Positions 39,828-52,317 of a stretch of 64,000 bases of DNA are shown here, piece after piece. Below the pieces are notes generated by a model, which saw nothing but the letters and a program-made list of their open reading frames with translations, was not told the DNA's origin and ran no database searches. The first letter of the stretch is position 1, and each line of letters starts with the position of its first letter. Position numbers and translations under genes: made by a program. Source of the DNA: Lytechinus pictus (lineage: Eukaryota); the NCBI RefSeq assembly GCF_037042905.1, contig NW_026974140.1, positions 434,001-498,000 of the forward strand. Direction: 5' to 3'.

Positions 39828-40418
39828 AGGTCAAGTCCACCCCAGGAATATGCTGACTTGAAAAAATAGAGAAAAATCAAACTAGCATAGTGCTGAAAAT
39901 TTCATCAAAATCGGATGTAAAATAAGAAAGTTATGACATTTTAAAGTTTTGCTTATTTTTCACAAAACAGTGATATGCACAACTAGGTGAGTCAGTCGAT
40001 GATGTCCATCACTCACTATTTCTTTTGTTTTTTATTGTTTGAATTATACAATATTTCATTTTTTTCATATTTGACAATAAGGACCAACTTGACTGAATCA
40101 TATAGTATTAAACAATGCTAATCCCACATGTTCAGGGAGGAATTAATCATTGTATCAGTTGACAGTGAGGAGAAAATTAGAATATTTCATATTTCATATA
40201 ATAAAATACAACAGAAATAGTGAGTGGATGACGTCATCAGTCTCCTCATTTGCGAACCGACCAGGATGTGCATATAACTGTTTTGTGAAATTTAGCGAAA
40301 CTTTAAAATGTCATAACTTTCTTATTTTACATCCGATTTTGATGAAATTTTCAGTGTTATGCTTGTTGGATTTTAATCTTTTTATTCAAATCAACTTTTT
40401 GTTGGGTGGACTTGTCCT
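39828..40418. mobile_element. Complete Kolobok-like MITE inserted just upstream of LINE-B ORF2
   Basis: TTAA|AGGTCAAGTCCACCC...GGGTGGACTTGTCCT|TTAA. Its first ~60 bp are repeated at 32711-32770 and 37801-37860. Confidence 0.88.
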
Positions 40419-41269
40419 TTAAAGACAAGGTTGACAACAAATATCGCGGGCATAACTAAACCTGAGTGAAACGTACGCTGCCTAGATAAGGTACGACAAT
40501 GCCTTCGTATGACAATACCGGTATTGTGTTTAAAAATAATTGATGTACCCAGAGAACAAACAGTTCGAGAGTTTGCGATACAATTTACAAGAAATCTAAG
40601 CATACCAGAGAAAAGGGTATAGGTACAGGGATAGAGAAGAAAAGAAGGGTAGAAGAACAAAGAACAGCAACAGGTTAAGCAAAATAACAGCTGGAGACAC
40701 AAATTGTGCAGTGAGTGCACAAAAAGAAAAAAAATTACAATCAAAGATGGTGTAGGTACCTCTCCGTGTTACAACAAAAATGAAAACATCAACCTCGCCG
40801 TATATACATTGTACTGTACACACGAAATATCCTAAATGAATTAACTTGCCATGTACTCGAGAGGCCTCAGAGCCTAACAATTTTCATTAGCAAAAAGAAA
40901 GATTAATATTATCTAGAATTATGTACAACATTCGACAATGGAAGATGCGTTTGATTTTACAGAGTATGGAATGATAAAAAAGTTTGTTGTTTTCCAGATC
41001 ATGACAATAAAGGAAAAACAAGTAGAAGTAACTTCTGAGTAATTTATATCGACTAGATATAAGTAAATATATATATTTATTTTAAATTATACTAACAAAA
41101 ACCACTATAGTTTTACTGTCAGACCAGTGTAAACATACGATTTCTTATATTCATTACATAATTGGTCACGAAAATCATTATCTCATCAACTTTTAGTCAG
41201 ACTGAAAAATATATACAGAAAATTTTTAGTCAATTATCATGTGAACAAAATTATGAGAGATATATATAT

Positions 41270-42200
41270 TTACAACTCGGCTTCTGCTTGACACGTCTGC
41301 GTAAAGTCAAAAGTGGTTCCATTCCTATGTCGCCATTTTCCGGCCGTGAACTTTAGCTTAGTTCCCTGTTGGTAGAGTCGTTTTACTTCCTGAGAATATC
41401 TTCGCTTTTCTGCATGGTCTTCCTTGGTAAGGTCATCGACTACGAAGTAGCTTTTGTTGGCCAGTGTGGATCGCGCCGACTTCAGTATGGCTACTTTATC
41501 GCGGAAAGATAGGAGATTAAATAATATGTGCCGGGGATGATCTGGGTCGGTTGATGGCTTACCGTCGCGATGAGCGCGTTCGATGTGTGGATTGATCCCG
41601 AATTTCTCGCTAATGATGTTCTGTACGATGCCGATGCAGTCCTCATCGGCGGTTTCGGGTTTTCCTACGAGGCGCACGTTGTTTCGGCGAATAGCTCGGT
41701 TACTCGTTGGGACTCGAACTCGATGGCCGCCCCGAGATCTCTCTGAACTCTCGTCACGCTTTCAACCATAGAATCAACAGCCTTCCTGATCATTTGCTCA
41801 ATTTTTTCTGTCATGGCAATAAAATACTGATCGATGTGTTCAGTGCTTACATTTGGTGATGGGCAGTCGACCGTAGATTGCGTATCGCCAGCAGCTGCGT
41901 CGGGCAGGTTCCGTGGAGGCGATTTCACGTGGTTCGTTCCATCGTCTTCAGAAGAGAAGTGCGAAGATCTGTCCAGATTTTCCTCTTCTTCCTGAGTTAT
42001 TAAATCTCCTTTTGTCCTCCTTCCAACGTCTCGTCCTTTGAGAAGTCATCATTGACGATTGTACGAGATATATTTCGTACAAAATATGAAAAAAGCGAGT
42101 AAAACGGACTAAACACGGAGAGGCGCACAAATACACGTCATACACGTTCAAACTCATTAGCTCAGCTGTGAATGTGTTTTTTAGTGTTATTGGGCAAGCA
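41270..42200 (-). pseudogene. LINE-B ORF1 (decayed) and 5' UTR
   Basis: ORFs 41665-41928 (coiled coil) and 41270-41677 (RLVGKPE, IERAHRDG, PRHILF, FVVDDLT). Same ORF1 class as LINE-A. Confidence 0.8.
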
Positions 42201-45200
42201 TTCTGTAAGGTTATCATATGTTTTCTCCTGCCGGCTGTGGTAGATTCAAGCACCATCTGATCACATGTCTGCTGACATGATGAATGGCTCCGAACCCGAT
42301 GACAACACTGAGGATCGCTATATCATACAGTAACTATTACCCAGCCGGCCGTCTGGCATGAGCTTTGCATGAAACCACTGCAGCTAGCTGTACGCTAGCA
42401 GACTATTCAGATTCAGGGAGCTGCGATACGAAAATTTGAATTTAGATCTATGCAGAGAAGTTTGATGTTCTGAGTATGACCCCGTTCTAGCGTGGTCTGA
42501 TGCCGTCGGACTAACACTAAGTTAGGCATAGAATCTAGTCAAGCTTCATCCTTTTCTATCTCTGGATCTACGTTATATCTAGATCTAACTTTGTCGTTAA
42601 ACTCCTATCTAACGTTAGATCTAGGTCTAACGTTAGACTAGTCTACATAATCTATAGAACTCTAACTTAGTGATGTAGACCTACTAGATCTAACGTTAGA
42701 CCTAGAATCTAACGTACTTAAAATTCCACTTCATTACCCAATCGTACTCGTAACTAGACCTAACAGTTATACTAGGTCCTAGTCTGCGTGGAGTATAGGC
42801 CTAGATCTAGACCAGGGTCTATCATTTTTGTTATTTGATATATTTCTAGACTAAGTTAGATCTAGATGAGTTAGAATCTAGTCTAGCATTTCAGATCACA
42901 CACATTATTAAGGTATCTAAAATCTAGATCTAGAGTTCTAACTTACATTTGCAACAGTTAGGTCTTTACAGCTCTAGTGTAACTGTCAATATTTGTGTGA
43001 TCATTTTAAAGTTTTGCATGCCATGACAACTTTGTTGTCAGCTACATGAACGATTCGTCATGGAGTGGGTTTCCGTGCAGTGGTACTTGACAAATTAATA
43101 TTCATGCATGACAAATTATTTTTCATACATTACGAATTAATGTCCATGCATGACAAACTCAGTTCTTAAAAATACCCGGTCAATTGACAAAAAATAATTC
43201 GTCAAAATAAGACCACTTTTCATAACGAATCAAAATTTGTCTAATGACAAATCTTTTCCCATAAATACCTGACGAATTCAATTTGTCAAGGAAATCTGCT
43301 TGCATTACAAATTTATTTGACAAATTCAAAGTTTATCAAATAAGACCATGTTTTGACGAATTATTTTTTGTCAATTGACCAGGTATTTTTAAGAGTGCAT
43401 AGACCTAACTGTCACGCATGCAGACTGTACTAAGCTGTGAGTTAGAACTCTATCGCCTGGCCGCTTACGGTCTGTGTACATAGGCTGGCATAGGCCTACC
43501 GGTAGCTTCTAACGTTAACTGTTAAGTTATGCCATAGCAATACACACTTTTTTTCGAAGTGTAAATAGATCTCTAAGACTCTAGATTTAAAGTTAGAAAT
43601 ATGCAGAGAAGTTTGATGTTCTGAGTCTGACCCCGTTCTAGCGTGGTCTGATGCCGTCGGACTAACACTAAGTTAGGCCTAGAATGTAGTCTAGCTTCAT
43701 CCTTTTCTATCTCTAGATCTACGTTATATCTAGATCTAACGTTGTCGTTAAACTCCTATCTAACATTAGATTTATAACGTTAGATCTAGGTCTAACGTTA
43801 GACAAGTCTACATAATCTATAGAACTCTAACTTAGTGATGTAGACCTACTAGATTTAACGTTAGACCTAGAATCTAACGTACTTAAAATTCCACTTCATA
43901 GTTACCCAATCGTATTCGTAACTAGACCTAACAGTTAGACTAGGTCCTAGTCTGCGTGGAGTATAGGCCTAGATCTAGACCAGGGTCTATCCTTTTTGTT
44001 ATTCGATATATTTCTAGACTAAGTTAGATCTAGATAAGTTAGAATCTAGTCTAGCATTTCGGATCACACACATTATTAAGGTATCTAGAATCTAGATCTA
44101 GAGTTCTAACTTACATGTGCAACAGTTAGGTCTTTACAGCTCTAGTGTAACTGTCAATATTTGTGTGATAATTTTAAAGTTTTGCATGCCATGACAACTT
44201 TGTTGTCAGCTACATGAACGATTCGTCATGGAGTGGGTTTCCGTGCAGTGGTACTTGACAAATTAATATTCATGCATGACAAATTATTTTTCATACATTA
44301 CGAATTAATGTCCATGCATGACAAACTCAGTTCTTAAAAATACCTGGTCAATTGACAAAAAATAATTCGTCAAAATAAGACCACTTTTCATAACGAATCA
44401 AAATTTGTCTAATGACAAATCTTTTCCCATAAATACCTGACGAATTCAATTTGTCAAGGAAATCTGCTTGCATGACAAATTTATTTGACAAATTCAAAGT
44501 TTGTCAAATAAGACCATGTTTTGACGAATTATTTTTTGTCAATTGACCAGGTATTTTTAAGAGTGAATAGACCTAACTGTCACGCATGCAGACTGTACTA
44601 AGCTGTGAGTTAGAACTCTATCGCCTGGCCGCTTACGGTCTGTGTACATAGGCTGGCATAGGCCTACCGGTAGCTTCTAACGTTAACTGTTAAGTTATGC
44701 CATAGCAATACACACTTTTTTTCGAAGTGTAAATAGATCTCTAAGACTCTAGATTTAAAGTTAGAAATATGCAGAGAAGTTTGATGTTCTGAGTCTGACC
44801 CCGTTCTAGCGTGGTCTGATGCCGTCGGACTAACACTAAGTTAGGCCTAGAATGTAGTCTAGCTTCATCCTTTTCTATCTCTAGATCTACGTTATATCTA
44901 GATCTAACGTTGTCGTTAAACTCCTATCTAACATTAGATTTATAACGTTAGATCTAGGTCTAACGTTAGACAAGTCTACATAATCAATAGAACTCTAACT
45001 TAGTGATGTAGACCTACTAGATTTAACGTTAGACCTAGAATCTAACGTACTTAAAATTCCACTTCATAGTTACCCAATCGTATTCGTAACTAGACCTAAC
45101 AGTTAGACTAGGTCCTAGTCTGCGTGGAGTATAGGCCTAGATCTAGACCAGGGTCTATCCTTTTTGTTATTCGATATATTTCTAGACTAAGTTAGATCTA

Positions 45201-46963
45201 GATAAGTTAGAATCTAGTCTAGCATTTCGGATCACACACATTATTAAGGTATCTAGAATCTAGATCTAGAGTTCTAACTTACATGTGCAACAGTTAGGTC
45301 TTTACAGCTCTAGTGTAACTGTCATTATTTGTGTGATAATTTTAAAGTTTTGCATGCCATGACAACTTTGTTGTCAGCTACATGAACGATTCGTCATGGA
45401 GTGGGTTTCCGTGCAGTGGTACTTGACAAATTAATATTCATGCATGACAAATTATTTTTCATACATTACGAATTAATGTCCATGCATGACAAACTCAGTT
45501 CTTAAAAATACCTGGTCAATTGACAAAAAATAATTCGTCAAAATAAGACCACTTTTCATAACGAATCAAAATTTGTCTAATGACAAATCTTTTCCCATAA
45601 ATACCTGACGAATTCAATTTGTCAAGGAAATCTGCTTGCATGACAAATTTATTTGACAAATTCAAAGTTTGTCAAATAAGACCATGTTTTGACGAATTAT
45701 TTTTTGTCAATTGACCAGGTATTTTTAAGAGTGAATAGACCTAACTGTCACGCATGCAGACTGTACTAAGCTGTGAGTTAGAACTCTATCGCCTGGCCGC
45801 TTACGGTCTGTGTACATAGGCTGGCATAGGCCTACCGGTAGCTTCTAACGTTAACTGTTAAGTTATGCCATAGCAATACACACTTTTTTTCGAAGTGTAA
45901 ATAGATCTCTAAGACTCTAGATTTAAAGTTAGAAATATGCAGAGAAGTTTGATGTTCTGAGTCTGACCCCGTTCTAGCGTGGTCTGATGCCGTCGGACTA
46001 ACACTAAGTTAGGCCTAGAATGTAGTCTAGCTTCATCCTTTTCTATCTCTAGATCTACGTTATATCTAGATCTAACGTTGTCGTTAAACTCCTTTCTAAC
46101 ATTAGATTTATAACGTTAGATCTAGGTCTAACGTTAGACAAGTCTACATAATCTATAGAACTCTAACTTAGTGATGTAGACCTACTAGATTTAACGTTAG
46201 ACCTAGAATCTAACGTACTTAAAATTCCACTTCATAGTTACCCAATCGTATTCGTAACTAGACCTAACAGTTAAACTAGGTCCTAGTCTGCGTGGAGTAT
46301 AGGCCTAGATCTAGACCAGGGTCTATCCTTTTTGTTATTCGATATATTTCTAGACTAAGTTAGATCTAGATAAGTTAGAATCTAGTCTAGCATTTCAGAT
46401 CACACACATTATTAAGGTATCTAGAATCTAGATCTAGAGTTCTAACTTACATGCGCAACAGTTAGGTCTTTACAGCTCTAGTGTAACTGTCAATATTTGT
46501 GTGATAATTTTAAAGTTTTGCATGCCATGACAACTTTGTTGTCAGCTACATGAACGATTCGTCATGGAGTGGGTTTCCGTGCAGTGGTACTTGACAAATT
46601 AATATTCATGCATGACAAATTATTTTTCATACATTACGAATTAATGTCCATGCATGACAAACTCAGTTCTTAAAAATACCTGGTCAATTGACAAAAAATA
46701 ATTCGTCAAAATAAGACCACTTTTCATAACGAATCAAAATTTGTCTAATGACAAATCTTTTCCCATAAATACCTGACGAATTCAATTTGTCAAGGAAATC
46801 TGCTTGCATGACAAATTTATTTGACAAATTCAAAGTTTGTCAAATAAGACCATGTTTTGACGAATTATTTTTTGTCAATTGACCAGGTATTTTTAAGAGT
46901 GCATAGACCTAACTGTCACGCATGCAGACTGTACTAAGCTGTGAGTTAGAACTCTATCGCCTG

Positions 46964-49365
46964 GGCTTATTATATTCACTCGCGTTCGTAATCACTCGCG
47001 TCGGGTTGGTAATCACACGCGTTTTTTTTTTTTGGCGATTTTTTTTTTTTCGGTGCGATTCTTTTTCTAACGGTGTCTTCAATGGGACAAGCGTACTGGA
47101 AAAATAAAATAATATTGAAATTCGAGTTTCGTTTTATCTTAAGCTGGTAAGTGCCTTAAATAAAACGTTCTCGACCACTGTTTTCAGATAACAAGCAAAT
47201 TTTGACTACTGTTTTAACATAATCACATTCCACATCTTAAATCTTAGAGCCATAGGCGGCGGAAGCGGGGGGGGGCTCCCCCTAAAAAAAGAGAGAGGGG
47301 GGGAGAAAGGAAGGGAAAGAGGGAGAAAAGAGAAAGAAAGGAGAAAAGGAATAAAGAAGAAAGAGGAGGAAAGGCTACTCTCGATTTAGCTCTGCCTTTG
47401 GAGGATTTTCCTGAAGTCTGTGGTATTCTTTATAAAGCATAGTGAGGTGCTACAATTTCATAATATCACTATTTATTTGCTTTTCCCTTTCTTTGTGAAT
47501 TATTCTACACTAACGTAAAAATCAGGGAGGAAAAAAGTGCTAAAGAAGAAAAGCAAGAAGGAAGGAGGAGGAGAAGTAGAAGAAGAAAAAATAAGATGGA
47601 GGACATAAGGGGGTAATAATGAAACTAAAAAGAGAAAATTGAGGGGAGGATGTAGAAGAAGAGAAAGAGAAGATAAAATAAGGGGAAGGCTGAGAAGAGA
47701 AAAAGAAGAAGTGAGAAGGGAGATGAACAATAAGGAGAAAGGGAAGAAATTGAGAAGTAGAAGAACAGGGAGAAGAATAAGATGACATAATAATGGGAAT
47801 AAAAAGAAGACTGAGAAGAAAGAGAAGTAGGAGGGGGAGTAAAGTGCACTCTGGTTATAAAGAATTCCGAGGGACCAACAAAACTTTTCCTTTATACAAA
47901 TAATTGTGTGTGTGTGTGATATAAGTTTTTTTTTATATATAATGATGGTGCACTGAACAAAATTTAAAAATGGTAAAATGGATTTTCATTTATCTTGCAG
48001 GACGTTGCAGGGTGAAAAATATGAAAAAATTTGGGGGTTATCAAGGACAAGAAATCTACACTGTATTGTAATTTGTATTGTAATGTATTTACAAGTGTAT
48101 TTATTTATTTATTTATTTCTGATATTTTGACAGGGTAGCCCATTCACCAATAAGTAGTGGTCTTCCATGAGGCCCTGAATAACAATAAACATATTTACAA
48201 AATGCATAACGTGTGTACAGAATGTTACATCATTAAGATTCACATTAGGATTTGAATGTAAAACGAAACATTAACAAACTTAGCAGCAAACAAAACGCAG
48301 ACGGGCACTCGTTTGACGTATAATAAAATATCAATAAATCAAATTAATTAAGAAGGACATCTTGAAAATACTGATTATATACACCAAATCATCAAGGTCA
48401 TGCTAACACAAAATAAGCACAACAGTGGATGTTCCGCAAGTTATTTATAAATTACAAGTTCTTTTAAACATTCTCTTAAATGAAATGACAGAAGGAGCTG
48501 TTCTAATTGAATTATCAAGCTTATTCCATTTAAATATTGAAGATACGATTGGACTACACTTATAACAATCAGTGCGAAACTTGGGCACGCGTAAATATCC
48601 ACTGTCTCTCTGTCTGGTATGATGTTCATGTACATCATTTGGATTGGTTAAGTTTACCTGAAGGTAAGAAGGTGCTAAATTATGGACACATTTAAATATC
48701 GTCAAAACGCGACTGAGCTCAAATCGTTTGTATATTTGTTGTTGATCACAATGTTTTATTTATGTTTATGTATCCAGCCTACTGCAAGTAGTTACTGGCA
48801 AAAGTAAACCACCTCTGAGTTACCTCGTGCTTGGAGTTGGTTAAGGCCAAAAAGGGGCCTGGATAAATGATGTAGCCGACAACTTCTGTTTTCAGGAAGG
48901 CACCGGGACGGTACGGTACCTTGGCTTTGATCGTCGCGCGAATTTTTACCGTGAGAGCGCGCACAGCCACAGGGGCGGATATTGACCAAAAGCTTCGGTC
49001 TTTGTGTCTATTAATTATTATGTTGGTTGTTCCGCTGAACTCCGTTGGCTCCACTCACCAAATACAGAGAAATTTAAAAAAAAATTAAAAATGTTTGAAA
49101 AAAACTCCTCGAAACAGACTGCTGCCAGCTGTCTGGGGCGGATCAAGCTTGTTATCTATTCTTGGTACTTAGAACAGTAGTCGAGTACATTTTATTTTAA
49201 GGCACTTAATTGCCGGCTTAAAACGAAACTCAAATTTCCCTGCATGTCTGTCCCATTGAATACACCGTTAAAAAAAAATCGCACCGAAATAAAAAAAAAA
49301 TCGCCAAAAATTCAAGACGCGAGTGATTACGAACCAGAACGCGACGCGAGTGATTATAAACTGCC
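46964..49365. mobile_element. Non-autonomous TIR transposon with 8-bp TSD (Merlin/Mutator-like)
   Basis: Perfect TSD ATCGCCTG (46956-46963 / 49366-49373); GGC...GCC termini; imperfect TIRs of ~200 bp with TAATCACTCGCGT repeats. Empty sites are visible in the other array copies. Confidence 0.88.
48095..48735 (-). mobile_element. 5'-truncated L2/Crack-like LINE nested in the TIR element
   Basis: ORF 48445-48705 (FKCVHNLAPSYL...HHTR...WNKL...SFKR), a 3' stem CAGGG...CCCTG and an (AAAT)n tail. Confidence 0.8.
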
Positions 49366-50555
49366 ATCGCCTGGCCGCTTACGGTCTGTGTACATAGGCT
49401 GGCATAGGCCTACCGGTAGCTTCTAACGTTAACTGTTAAGTTATGCCATAGCAATACACACTTTTTTTCGAAGTGTAAATAGATCTCTAAGACTCTAGAT
49501 TTAAAGTTAGAAATATGCAGAGAAGTTTGATGTTCTGAGTCTGACCCCGTTCTAGCGTGGTCTGATGCCGTCGGACTAACACTAAGTTAGGCCTAGAATG
49601 TAGTCTAGCTTCATCCTTTTCTATCTCTAGATCTACGTTATATCTAGATCTAACGTTGTCGTTAAACTCCTATCTAACATTAGATTTATAACGTTAGATC
49701 TAGGTCTAACGTTAGACAAGTCTACATAATCTATAGAACTCTAACTTAGTGATGTAGACCTACTAGATTTAACGTTAGACCTAGAATCTAACGTACTTAA
49801 AATTCCACTTCATAGTTACCCAATCGTATTCGTAACTAGACCTAACAGTTAGACTAGGTCCTAGTCTGCGTGGAGTATAGGCCTAGATCTAGACCAGGGT
49901 CTATCCTTTTTGTTATTCGATATATTTCTAGACTAAGTTAGATCTAGATAAGTTAGAATCTAGTCTAGCATTTCAGATCACACACATTATTAAGGTATCT
50001 AGAATCTAGATCTAGAGTTCTAACTTACATGTGCAACAGTTAGGTCTATACAGCTCTAGTGTAACTGTCAATACTTGTGTGATAATTTTAAAGTTGTGCA
50101 TGCCATGACAACTTTGTTCTTAGCGACATGAACGATTGGGTTTCCGTGCAGTGGTACACGACAAATCAATATTCATGCATGACAATTATTTTTCATATAT
50201 TACGAATAAATGTACATGCATGACAAACTGAGTTCTTAGCATTACGAATCACAATTAAAATTCGTCAAAATAAGACTACTTTTCATTACGAATTAAAAAT
50301 TTTCTAATGACAAATCTTTTCCCATAAATACTTGACGAATTCAATTTATTAAGGAAATCTGCTTGCATGACAAATCTTGAGAAATTCAAAGTTTGTCAAA
50401 TAAGACCATGTTTTGACGATTTTTTTTGTCAATTGACTAGGTTTTTTTAAGAGTGTACAAAGGTAATTATACTTTTGTTAAATGTTATGTATAAAGCTAT
50501 AATGAAATTATTTTTGTTTTACATGTACAAGAGTATTTTTTTTATGATGTGGAAG

Positions 50556-51375
50556 AGGTTCATCGTGGTGAAGGGTTGAGTAGAAGTAATAACCAGTTGT
50601 CTCACGATGTAGCAAACGTAGTGGGAAAGCGACGTTTCGTCTGCAAGCTGCTAGACTTCGTCAGGCAATGAACAAAGACGCTGCTGCGCACGGGTTATAT
50701 AGCGTCGGGAGCTATTGGCTGGCTCCACTCGGGCCTGAGCCGCGCTGTGATTGGCCGATGCCGCTATCCGTTCACGGTCCGCGCTGGTGCTTGGTGCCCG
50801 CTGGAGCGTGCACCGCGCGCTGTGACTGGCCGATGCAGCCGCCAATCAGCATCCGCGCTGGTGTCAGGCACCCGCTGGTGCGGGCGCCGCGCGCTGTGAA
50901 CGGTGGATGCAGTATGCCGTCGGATGGTGGGTAACCATTCATCAGGGATCTCAATGCCGCTGTCCCTGTTGATATTACTCGGGTGCAAACGGATCTGAAT
51001 CGTTTCCTTAATGCGCCGCGTACACCAATGCTTCTCATTAGCAATGCAGCTGACCTCATCCCAGTTAGGTGGATGATCGGAGTCCCAAGCATGTTCTGCA
51101 ACATCAAAGCTATTAGTGCGCCTGAGCCGAACATCACGGCGATGTTCCTTCATGCGTTCCCCCACAGGTGTACCAGTCTCACCGATGTAGACTTTGTCGC
51201 AAGTCGAGCATGGGATCTTGTAAACAACCCCATCGCGTCTGTCGGGGATCGGGCGGTCTTTCGGACGGACCAGCTGGCTGCGGATGCTGTCAGACTTATT
51301 ATTAAAGAAGTATTTTTTGCTCACTCACACCTTTTATACATTTTGCCCTGTGCGCCATGTCTGCCGCCTGAGCAT
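50556..51375 (-). mobile_element. Penelope-like element 3' fragment with GIY-YIG endonuclease
   Basis: ORF 50764-51324: GVVYKIPCSTCDKVYIGETG...RMKEH...AEH...H...KETIQI...NINRDSG, followed by a pLTR-like segment. Confidence 0.92.
50629..50670 (-). ncRNA. Minimal type I hammerhead ribozyme motif of the Penelope-like element
   Basis: Minus strand GC-CUGACGA-A-GUCUAGCAGCUUGCAGAC-GAAAC-GUC-GC: conserved core CUGANGA/GAAA, a stem II hairpin, palindromic ACGU stem III and a GUC site. Stem I is only 2 bp. Confidence 0.7.
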
Positions 51376-51409
51376 TGATGGTTCATTGTTCCACATATCG
51401 AAAATTTGA

Positions 51410-51617
51410 AATGCCTTGGCCTTGGGTTTCCATGCCTTTGCCTTCAGCATTGAAGCCTTGACCTTGGGTAGTAAGCTTTGGCATTTCGGGTTTGAGCCTT
51501 GAATACAGTACTGTTAGCAAGTTTTTCAGGCCTTGGCCTCGGGTTTCCATGCCTAGGCCTGGGCCTGGGCCTGGGCCTTGGCCTTGGGCATTGAGGCCTT
51601 GGCTTGACTACAGCACT
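51410..51617. mobile_element. hAT-like MITE end with (GGCCTT/GGCCTG)n repeats
   Basis: Minus-strand terminus TAGTGCTGTAGTCAAGCCAAGGCC followed by hexamer repeats. Confidence 0.45.
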
Positions 51618-51964
51618 ATTACACTGACATAAGATATTAACATTTTTTGGAATTTGAGTGTAAGTCAAGAAGCATACTTGTCCCACTATTTAAATAATGC
51701 GCACACGAAACGCGAGCTGGAAATTGTTGATGTTCCGACTTAAAATAAATTAGGCGAGCGCGAAGCGCGAGTTAAGCTTTTTTTTATATCCGATGTCGAA
51801 AGGGATGCATGTGTTATTACATTTTTACAATTAATGCAAGCGCGAAGCACGAGCCAAAGTCTTCTTTAAAATGTAATGCTTCATTAAAAGAGGATAAACA
51901 AAAGGGATCCTGAAAAGGCATCTTTTTGTATGCGTATATTTACCTTATAACTGAATATTTGATT

Positions 51965-52145
51965 TAATAATAGTAATGATAATAATCCGATTTTATATAG
52001 CGCTTAGTACATCGGAACGACGTGTCTAAGCGCTTTACAGATATGTCATTACCCCGGTCATCGGATTCAATCAGTCATTCCCGCACATAATGTGAGCACA
52101 TCCTCCATCCCTGGGGAGTATTCCAGTCAGTCGCCGGTGAGGCGA
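51965..52145 (-). mobile_element. SINE 3' fragment with L2-type tail
   Basis: Minus strand: TACTCCCCAGGGA...GTAAAGCGCTTAGACACG...AAGCGCTATATAAAA followed by a (TTA)n-like tail. Confidence 0.65.
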
Positions 52146-52149
52146 CTGA

Positions 52150-52317
52150 CTGGGGATAGATGTCCAGACTTTATCAACTTCTGGGCAGTTTTAAACCAAT
52201 AATGTGTGCTTGTGGTAAAAACTACACAGTATTGGTTAAAAACTACCCAGAGTTGGATAATTGTTTTAACCAATATTTGTTGTGTAGACAGTATGTTGCC
52301 TAACATTTTAAGAGTGT
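52150..52317. mobile_element. CACTCTTAAAA-type MITE end
   Basis: Ends TTTTAAGAGTG|TA, the same terminus type as the array unit, with internal TTTTAACCAAT repeats. Confidence 0.5.

Larger units (their letters stand above)
42450..50455. repeat. Young tandem array, 1168-bp unit, ~5 copies, interrupted by a 2.4-kb insertion
   Basis: ATGCAGAGAAGTTTGATG at 42450, 43601, 44769, 45937 and 49515 (=45937+1168+2410). Each unit ends in TTTTTAAGAGTG (a CACTCTTAAAAA-type TIR). Confidence 0.97.

Noticed and set aside
47500..47849. Hydrophobic Phe/Ser/Leu-rich ORFs (also 18107-18517, 19303-20257)
   Set aside because: Low-complexity purine/pyrimidine tracts that lack stops by composition.
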